Shown here: one piece after another, positions 18,049 through 28,400 of the stretch
Position numbering within the stretch: position 1 is the stretch's first letter
Layout: the number at the start of each line of letters is the position of its first letter
Source: Sphaerodactylus townsendi
Taxonomy: Eukaryota
Assembly (NCBI RefSeq): GCF_021028975.2
Contig: NC_059426.1
Span: forward strand, 69,502,001 to 69,566,000
Reading direction: 5' to 3'
Length of the DNA: 64,000 nt
Position numbers and translations under genes: made by a program
Notes under the pieces: generated by a model
Told to the model about the DNA's origin: nothing
What the model saw: only the letters and a program-made list of their open reading frames with translations
Database searches by the model: none

Positions 18049-18054
18049 TTTATT
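18049..18054 (-). terminator. Candidate RAD9A polyadenylation signal (AATAAA on - strand)
   Basis: First TTTATT I found on + downstream of the RAD9A stop, implying a 3'UTR of about 1.3 kb. Confidence 0.45.
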
Positions 18055-19368
18055 TTAACCCTAGCAGATCTCTCTCATGTGCTGCAAGCTCTTTAAGGGG
18101 TCCTTTGCCCTTGCATTTGAAATATGAATCAGCCTTTTGTTTCTTCTCTTTAAGATCTTAGCCTCTTTAAAGCTCAACCCAAAACACTGTATTATGAGCT
18201 TTCCTGTTGGACCCAGACAATCTTGGCAGGCTTAATCAGAAAAAGGGGCAAAGCAGGACCACTGTGAGGAGATTTATGTTGTTTTCTGGGTGATACTATG
18301 TGTGGTAAGGTCAGTGGCATTGTATTGTAGAACTGCAGAGTTATGTTCCCATAAACAACTGCTTGCATATTTGGACTCCACCTAAGAGACTGAGCAGTCT
18401 GTATTTCTGCAGATTATAGGTTGCTTCTTGCAGTTGCGACTATGCTCAAGGGGATTTATGCTGTAAAAATAAATCCAAGAAGTTTCTCATAATACTTTTT
18501 TAACTTAGTGCAGGCCCTACAGCAAATGAGAAGTAGTTCTGCCCAGTGATTTTTGTTTGGTTTTAAAAGTGCCAGTATTCATATATATGGTTCCACCAAT
18601 TCCTGTCAACCCCCTCTCCCTCTGCAGATCCCCCAGTAGGCTGTTCCTGAGGGCCTACTTTCTCTGGCTGTTTGGCATGGACCAGGGCACAAGCAGTGGT
18701 ACAGAAAAAGCCCTAACAGTGGTCCAGTTCAGCCCTTTACCACCACCTCTGATGACTTTTGGGGCCAATAATGTAGCTCTAACATCTCCGCCCCTGGTAT
18801 TTCACTTCCTGCAGTGGTCCTCTTTCAGCTTCTACACACTTTATGACTAATGATATGTTAAGCTCCATAACAGATTAATTGTGGAGGAGGAGGGAGAGAA
18901 AGCTGCTTCTGGAGCTGCAGAAGGCATCAAAGTAAGGGTGGAACTAGTGATCTGCCTCTCGTGTCAATAGTTTACAGTTGTCCAAACACCTTGAAATATA
19001 TTTACTGGAAAATGGACCTACCATGCCTCTCTAGGTCAGTCAAAAGACGGTTGCAACATAGCATCTGATCTGCACATTCACATTTTTCAACAGCATTGCA
19101 AAAATATTGAGCTCATCATTGAATATATTAGGCCTGCAGGGTCCTGTCTGCAGCAGCAAGCAGCTTTTTTGCCCACAGAAACACTGCCATATAAGAAATG
19201 AGTGCTTGTGATAAGGAAAGGTCTCTATGGATTGCATTCCTGGGATTCCTCTTGATTCTTATCTGGAGAGGAGTGGACTGGTCGTTTCTCCCTAGTCCAC
19301 CAATTGCAGTTGTTCTTCTTGGCTGTCATGATGAAGCACCTGTTGCATCTCAATGGGCAGAAACCTTC

Positions 19369-19473
19369 TCAGGATTCTCCCTCACTGTCCTCTGCTAGCA
19401 CCTCTTGCCCAGAGCCTGGGTAGGGCAGGGTCTGCGACTGGTTTAGGACGGAGCCAAAGAACAAGGAACGGAA
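19369..19473 (-). CDS. RAD9A: RAD9A last coding exon ([34 protein letters not shown])
   Basis: Acceptor GCTTTTACAG; TGA at 19371-19369; terminal CK2/TopBP1-binding motif AEDSEG. Confidence 0.95.
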   Translation of the reverse strand, partial: FRSLFFGSVLNQSQTLPYPGSGQEVLAEDSEGES

Positions 19474-22400
19474 CTGTAAAAGCAAAAGAAAAAAGGTTTA
19501 GAGCAGAAGATCTAGAAAACTGGAGAGGCACAATTACCATGTAAGTAGCAGTTTCTATGCCAGAATAGAGAGCCAGGCATGTCAGCTTTTGTATGAAGGC
19601 AAAAAGTTTTGGTACAGAAATGCTTGCGAGCATGCAAGCGGTTTTATTCAGCAAAGAAGAAGGGAAGGCAAAAGATTCTGCAAGTCTCTCTGTTCTTCCC
19701 AATTGCTCAAAACAATAGCAACATCCCAAATGCATAGTTTCTGCCACAACCATATAAAACCACAAATGGGTGCATAATGGTAAGTGAAGTGCGCAATCTG
19801 GTGGTCATTGGAATTGTAGGGTTCAGATGATAGCTTGGTTCCAGTTAAAGTTAGTCATGGTTGAGCTCTACTGAACAAGTCAACTCTGACTGACAATATT
19901 GCTTTCAATTAAGGAACAGTACATTGCCCTCCATTTACAGCTGGTTTACAATTGTATTTTCTTTTTCTTATTACGTGTGTTTTTCTTTATTACATTTTGG
20001 CTTTGTTTCACTGGGAAACCTTTCCAGCCCCACACTCCCCATCCAACTGAGATTAAATTCTCAGGGTCTGTATCCTTCTCCCAAGGGAGCTTCTCTGCCA
20101 AAAAATTCAGATGGGCAAAAGCATCCCTCTTTCATGAGCAATCAAGTTTTCAGTTGCAGAGCAGGGCCAGGGAGATATTTGGCAATTCACAAAAGCAGAC
20201 AGTGGGCAAAGAATAAGAAGTTAGGGGATCCCTCTGTTTCTACACATCCACCTATTTGCATGCTAAAAAACTGGGGGTGAGTGGGTGGAGAGTCTATTAA
20301 ACAAAAACTGAATTTGAATGAAAAGAGATATCCTGCAGGGATATTAAAGCTGGGTTGGCCAGAAAATTGCTTCAGTTATTATGGTGAGGCGAGGTGCAGA
20401 AGGGGAACAGGCTTTTGGTCCCTTCATCTACATGCTCCGTTATTTAATAGCAGACCCCTACTTATTCCTTCACACATTAACAAATCCCAGTTTTGCCTGG
20501 CACTTAAGTTTACCTGGAACAAAGGGAAATAGCCATTTCATAGTGTGTTAACATACACCCACTACTGCTTTTAAGGACAACTAAAAACCTTAACAGATTT
20601 CAGAATGTTACTACTGATCACTTGTATCTTGTCTGGTTTGGCATTAAATCAGTCTGCCTTTCTTTCTTGTATTATTGTCCAATTGTAGTGTGTGCAAATC
20701 ATGAGAGCAAAGCTGATTCTTGCCAGGCATGTATGGGAACAACTGTTGTATTCTTTCCCACCTCACTGCTCCAACAGTGCTGCTTGTCTATATATCGATA
20801 TGTGCAAGCAAAACATTTGCCCTTGTACTTAGCAAGTGCAACATTAGAGAGAATAGAGCAGGCGCTACTGTGCTGAAACAGAATAGATATCCCCCCACCC
20901 GCCCCAAAACCAGCAGCATAGCTTGTGTAGATGCTACTTCAAAAATGCAGAGTGATTTGAAAAATCTCTTCTGATGGCAAGATCTGTGTGTATCTTTCCT
21001 GACTGGTAAGCATATTAGTCAGTTACATGTCTGCTTATTCACTCTACTCCTTACTCTGATCCCTAAGCCAGATAGTCAGATGCCTGTACATAATTCAAAG
21101 ACCCAAGATTTCCATATACTACTATTTTTCAGTTTTCAAATGTGTATCTTCCTTCTGACAATCACATACCCAACTGGGGTGATAAGAAACAACAGGAACA
21201 CAGACTTCCTGCTTATGGTGACTAAATCAACAGAATCAATTCTATTAACGGGGTGTCTAGTTCACATTTTAATGAGCTAATATCCAAATGCATTTCCATT
21301 CATTCAATGTACCTTAGAATGAAATGCAGAAGACAAAGGTCATTTCACATATTATAGTTCTAGCAAGTACACATTAAAATTCAATGCACATCCTTTTTGG
21401 AGTTATGCTGTTATATGTGAAACATACAAACATTGTTTCATCAAACATACCCTTAAAAGTTTCTGTAGAACACACATTGAAATAAGTGCATATTTCTGTT
21501 TCTCTTATTACGGGGTACTACAGGGTAAATGCTGAAAAAGTAAGCGCCTCCACTAAAGCAGTGAAATGGCCTTGAGATTCTCCTGAACATAATGACTCAC
21601 AGTTTCCACCATTGTGCATTTATGGACTGGGCATATAGTCTTACTCCAACAAGTCCTTCATTGCACATACATACCTTTTTTTGTGGCGGTGTGCCTGGCA
21701 CAGTCTCTTCATGATCATTATCCAAGTCTTTTGTGTCAGAACTGGTACATCGTGTAGGGAAGGTGGGACTGGGAGATGGACACGCCTGATCCATGCCAGC
21801 ACATGTGGTTTCCATGGCAATCATGTAGGCATCAATATCATCATTGGTGAAGTCATAAGCAGGTGCAACAGCCTTGGCTGTACTAGAATGAATGAAATGG
21901 AAATATTGTCAAGACCTACTGGAAGAGGGAGGTGACAGCACAGTGGAAGGTATCTGACAGAAGATAAGGAAGGACAAACAGTATTGTAGCTGGAGTATGC
22001 TGTACGGTTTGACAAGTATGAGGTTGCCCTCCTTGAGCTGCTTAACAGTATATCCAAACAACATGTAGTTATGGGTGCCTTCAACTTCCCTGATGTGTGC
22101 TGGGAGACAAACTCTGCTCAGCATCCAGAGTCATGACAACATCCTTTTTCAAATGGCAGAGAAAGCTACAAGGGGCTCAGCCATGCTGAATAGTTACTTT
22201 TCAAATATTTTTATAAATGGTCTGGATGAGGGACAACCATTACATTTGCAGACGACACAAGATAGAGATAGAATTCAATAAGACCTGAGCACACTGAGCC
22301 AATGTGAACAAGATGCAATTCAACAAGGATAAACGCAGAGTTCTACATTTGGATAACAAACATAAGAAGTAAGCAAACTGGATGGAAGAAAACTGTAGCA

Positions 22401-25400
22401 CTGTGTGTGAAAAAGATCTTGGGGTATATGTGGACTGTAAGCTAAATATGAGCTGCCACTGTGATGCCATGGGGAAAAAGTAATGCAGTCTTGGGCTGTA
22501 ATAACAGAAGCAAGACATTGTGAGATGTCACAGTCATTATGTACACTGAGTTCGTCAGGCCCCATCTGGAGTACTGATTCCAATTGTGGAAGCCTCACTT
22601 CAAAAAGGATGTGGACAGAATGGAGCAAAGAGTGACAAGGATGATCAGGGGTCTGGAGACCAAACCCTATCAGGAAAGGCTGAGGGCTTGGGAATGTGGC
22701 ATTATTAAATTTGGGCATTTGCCTTAGCTGAGAGGGGGATACACGAAGCATGTTGATTCACACTTCCATCATTTAAGTTAGAAAACTTAAAGTTAGCAAA
22801 ACAAAACAAAATCCCCAAAACAGGCTAACTATAGCATACATCTGTGACAACTCAGGGCACAGCCCACGACTGAGGCGATCGTTTGTCCCAAACGTCCAAG
22901 CCACCTTTATGTCACCAATGTTAACAAAAGCACAAACAGGGGCAGAAGGAGAAGGAGAAGGAGAGAAGAAGGAATTCCCCTTTCCCTGACACCTATTTCA
23001 AAGTGCCAAGCCCAAGGGAGATATTCCCTCCGGAAACTGTTTCCTCTCTAGCTGGAGGGACCTCCCCTAATAAAAACAAAAATGTTAAAGGTCGCTGCCA
23101 CCAAAATTATAATCTGTTCTGTAGCCCATAAACTGATAAATGGACAACACTCTTTCTAGGAACACACACAAACAAAATAGAAATTGGAACTGCTTGTAAC
23201 TTTAAAACAAAAAAACCTTGAAAAGCCATTACTGGCTTAAATGTAGGATTCTCAGGTAACCTGAGAGGATTTTAAAGCTTGTTGGTTTCCAAAGTTTATT
23301 GGTTCTTTAAGAGCTTAATGGTTTCAGAGGATGCTTGCTGGTAATCTCCAGTTTCAAACATTCACAGACACATGGCGGGTAAGCCACTTTCTTAAGAAAA
23401 GATTTTACTTCAGAAAAAGATTTGACTTTAGAGTATCACACTCCCTCTTCTGTCTGACACTAGTCTTTCTTCTGAGTATCAAACCATACTAAACTAACAC
23501 ACTTCCAGTTCATGCCCTGTGGGATTCTGGCACACAAGCCTCCCTCTCCCACCATGCAAACTGGCCACACTGCCACTGGACTGGGCCTCCTAAGACTGGG
23601 GCTGTACTGGTTAGGACAGACTCTAGTCTGGACAGAGGTTTTCCGTCAAACACCTGAGTGGCGGGTCACCCTTCACCAAACTCAGGGCTTCCTGATGTCT
23701 CTGATAAGCTTCCTCAGCTTACAGAGTACGCTGTCTGACTCCTGCCAGACCAACAGCAGTGACAGATCTCTGCTTGATCTGCTCATTCTGCCAAAACGCA
23801 CCAAAAGGCACAAAGAACCAAAAGAAAAAGCCCCTCAGCACTCTGGCTGACTCCTTTTATATTCTTGCCATTTCCCTCTAGCCAATCAGGGCTGGCCGGG
23901 GCTTAACCCCTTTAGAGCAGACTCTCACCCTGGAAACTGAATGCCTTATAAGGGCATTCGTCACAACATGCTTGCCTTAAAGCAGTTATGCCATTTATGA
24001 AAAGTTCCCACAGTAACCAAGGCAACAGCATGGGTCTTCTGATAAGATGGCAGGCCTAATTAGGAATTATTTTACCTGCTCAACAAGTGTTAAAATGCCT
24101 ATTAAAAATGACAAGTCATCCAGCAGCCCCAAGTTAAACCCTTCTGTGCCAAACAGACCAAAAAGTCAACCGTCACATAAATATGAGTTGCCTGTAAATT
24201 CTCCTCTGCTGCTTGGGTTAGCTCCTTGTGCTAGAATTTGTGGGGCAGAACTTGGCTCACCAGCTGGTCATCTGGGAACTGTGACTATCTGTCTCTGACA
24301 GTGTGGCTAAGACCAGTTGCACTTCCAGCAGGGGGTCCTCTAAAGTGAAGATGGCTGGCCTGTGAGAAGAAAACAGATGAAGACCCAACTCTCAGACATT
24401 GATTTTTCTGCCACAGGGAACTCAAAAAGAGCAAGTCGGGCATGAGAGAGCATCAGCGAATGTAGTCAAGACATCCCCGCTCCCCGCTGAAGTATTGGTA
24501 CTTAGGGCACTGGCTTCTTACAAAACAGGAATAAAGATTGCCCTCAAGAGATTCTTCCAGAAAAGGCCTACCTGCCAGGGCTGTCAAAGTGGACATTAAG
24601 GGGAAGACTTGAAGACTCTGCAAAACTTAGAAGACCCTAAAAGAGAGAGATGAAACGGTACAATCGGCAAATATAACCACCCCAAATCAAGATAAGGAAC
24701 TGGAAATTCACTCACCCGAAATTCCTTAAGGCAGAATGTAACTTGTGTCTCCTCCTTGACATGGAATACCTGGAACTCATCCTCACTCAAACACAGCTCT
24801 GTCAGCATCGTCTGTCCAGCCTCTGAATCAGTGATAAAGAAGTTTTTTCCTCAAGCAGCTATCCTGGCCACATCCCCCCTTCCGTAGCAAAGATGCACAG
24901 GAGACACTTTAGACACATTGTGTCGCAGCAAGCACATTGTCACATATAGTCAATGAGTGGGTCTTTAGAAACACAGACCAGCACAATTAAATAGAGCTGC
25001 TTAGAAATGTGCAAAAAAGGCTGAACAGAAAGGCATTAGAACATCTATGCTGTTAAGAAGTGACAAGGAAGCTTCAACTATTTTGTTGGGCTTTGAGGAC
25101 AAGGTGAAAACAGAGGAATGATGGGAAGCTCACCTGGCTCTTCTTCCAGATAACTTCGGAAGGTCACTTTCCCACCAGGGCTGGCACTCATTGTCACCTC
25201 AGCCAGTGTCAATGGGAAATGGACCACAGCATCCACTAATAACCTGAATCAGACATAGGAGGGAAATGGATAAAAATGAGGCAGTGAGCAGATTCCTTGG
25301 CTGAGCATACCCAACTCTCTCTCTCTGCCTGTTGTTCTAATTAAACTATTAAGGAACAATCTTTGTACACAACATGAGTGACCACGAAGTGCCCACCACT

Positions 25401-28400
25401 TTCTCCCTATCATAACTTCATGTGCATCTACATAAGGTTTACATTATTTTGATTCAGTATTTTTAAATTAAACCAATAGTTACAGAAACAGAGGGAAGTC
25501 TATTTTCCCAGGACACCTTCTGATCCATCCATACAAAGCTCATACATTAAAATACGTCAACTGCACAACAGCCTGGCCCACTATGCAAAGAAGCCTCCGT
25601 GCATCTGGATTGTGGCAGTTGTACAACAGATGGACATCCCTCCCCCTCTTCCAAGCTACTGCAGATTACTAGACAAATGTATACACTTTAACCACAAAAT
25701 CCTTTGTATACACCAATCTCGTTTGCCCTTTATTGCAAACATAATGGTTCCAACCTGGGAGGAGCACGCAGAGTATGGGTGCACTGTTCTGTGTCAAAAA
25801 CTGCCTGCAGTGATTCACACTCCTGGAACAATAAGTCATGGGTCTTGATAACACCTGCAGAGAAAGGCTTAGTTGAAGCAGCCATAAGGAAACCTTGTCT
25901 TCCAGAGGACCCCACACCACCACAGAATTTTTCCCAAGATATATGAAGATCTTCCCACCACAGCATGTACAGACCATTTTTTTCTTAATCCCCAGTCAAA
26001 AAAATTGGGGAATCAGAGAAACTGGGAAAAAATTCTTCTGCAATTACAATTTTTCTCTTCTAATGATGATCAAAATGCTTTTAGACAGAATTTTAAAACG
26101 ATATTGTTACGGCCAATTCATGCTGCTATAAATCTTAGATCCAAAATTCAAATGTAGTAATGCTAGCATGATAGGAGGAGGAGTTGCTTTTTTTTTTAGA
26201 AAGATGCAATTTTCTGGAACTTAGTACTTCCAAATGTTGCACAAAATGGAAACTTTTCAGGGATTGGGTGCTATCCAGGAACCTGCCAAGCATACTGCCC
26301 CTGCAACATGGTAGCAAGGACTGGGCAGAGTATGGGATTATTCTTGTCTCAGGTAACAAGGAGTAATTGTGAAAAAGCTGAAAGGTTTGCTTTAATTCGT
26401 TTTCCGAAACTTGTGAATGTTCAGAATCAGAAGCCATGCCAACTGACCTATTACCTACTTGGCCTGATGACCAGTGTCATGCAGAGACAGAATAGGGAGA
26501 CCCACTGTGATTGCAGCACTGGAGTAGTCTAGATTTTGTTGATTTTTATGCCACACATCCCACCATTTCTCCAAACAGCTCCAAATGCCAAAAGTGATCA
26601 TCAGTCTTTCAGCTGATCCTCACCATTACTCTGTGAATTAAGTTAGGCTGAGTGAGAGACACCAGCCCAAAGCCATCCAAGTGAGCTTCCTGGCTTGGTG
26701 CTGCAGCTGTACTCCAGCATTCTCACCATCACATCCCCACTAGCTGAAACAGTGGCCTTATATACGTGGATTATATTGCTTAGTAATGAGAAATTTCTAA
26801 GCACAGGCAACAACTATATATCTTCACTGAACAGACTTGGAAACCCGACTAGGCCCTGTTGGTAGGAAGGAGCTTGGCAAAATGGGTGGACATGTACCAT
26901 AGCAACTCCTACCAAGAGCTTTGCCTCAGGTTTCCTGTTCTTTTCTCCTCAGAGATAAGCAAAAAAAGGAATTCTCAATTCCTGATCTTCCATGCTAAAC
27001 ATGCTGTTTTCTCCCAATACATCTGGAACCACATGGATTCCATTCTTCTAGCTCAGCACCAGTTGCTGATAAACTTGCAGAATTTCTGCTGATTGTTTCT
27101 CCATCACAGTTGTGCTCTAAGCCATGCATCCCTCCATATGTCCCACTGTATCACATTTTGTGTTTAGACAGTTCCTCCTGCCCACCACTCACCATATTTG
27201 CAGTGCAGTTGCACACGGAGCCTGCTGGCGCAGAAACGCAGTGAGATGAGACATTTCTCCACAGTCTTCTCCAGCAAGGAAAGTGAGCGGAATACAGCAA
27301 GGAAAGACTGGAAGGAACAAGAGAGACCCACAATTATATGTACATTTTCTCCCAGAATTCTTCCCCAAAGCAGGCAACAAATGCACAATGCAACACTGCA
27401 TCCAATAACACCTACTCCCCTCCCAGAAGACCAAGATGGGGTGCTTCCAGAGGTGGGATCCAGCAGGTTCTCACAGGTTCCCGAGAGTAGGTTACTAATT
27501 ATTTGTGTGTGCCAAGAGGGGGTTACTAATTGGTGATTTTGCCACGTGATTTTTGCCTTAGTTACGCCCCTCCTCTCAGCAGTAGCGCGCAGAACTTGAA
27601 GCAGTGTAGCAGGAGGTGCACTGGCGTGCGTGGCAGCCTGCGCGCATTCGTTTCCCGCCCAAGGACCGGCGCAGCAGCTACGTCCTTGCCACAGCCCCGC
27701 CCAGGAATGCCCCGCCCCTGGAATGCCCAGCCACGCCCCTGTCATGCCCCGCCCAACCCCTTTGGCGCTATGCCACAGTTTGAATCCCACCACCATGGGA
27801 ACCTGTTACTTAAATGTTTGGATCCCACTACTGGATGCTTCACTTTCATTTCAGACGGTTCTTGTTTTCAGCTGACAAAATTATTTCCACTTACAGTCAA
27901 AACTGTTCAGTTTGAAAGCCTGAATAAATAAAAGTGTATTTTTGGCAATTTGATTAATGATGGAGTGATCTTTTTGCAGAACTTGGTGTGTGCTTGCTTC
28001 CTTGTGCCTTGAAAATATTTGGTAATCAACACAGGGTGCACAGACCATGAGAATCACAATAGTTTAAAAACGATATTTCTGACAGCTCAACACCCCTGTA
28101 TCCAACTGCAGCTTCTATTAATTCATAACACTAGCCAGCCTTGCTAGATCAGACTAAACATCTGCACACTGCAGCATCTGAACAGTAGAGAACAGATCTC
28201 TCTTCAGTTTTTATTCAGTGTTTGAGGCTCTGAGATGTTGGACCCTGGAACTATTTCATTTAACTGTCATGACTAAAACCACGACAAACATTTCACATTA
28301 ACTTTGCCCATGCATTTTTATCCCCCTGCAGTGCAGTGTAGGTTAGGCCGTGAGCATGCGACTGGCTCAAGGTCACCCAATAAGATCCTGGCAGAATAGA

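Noticed and set aside
27164-27796. 210-aa ORF that looks like a TE-RAD9A fusion
   Set aside because: Chance open frame from the hAT MITE through intron into exon 4; the exon has its own canonical acceptor at 27308-27309.
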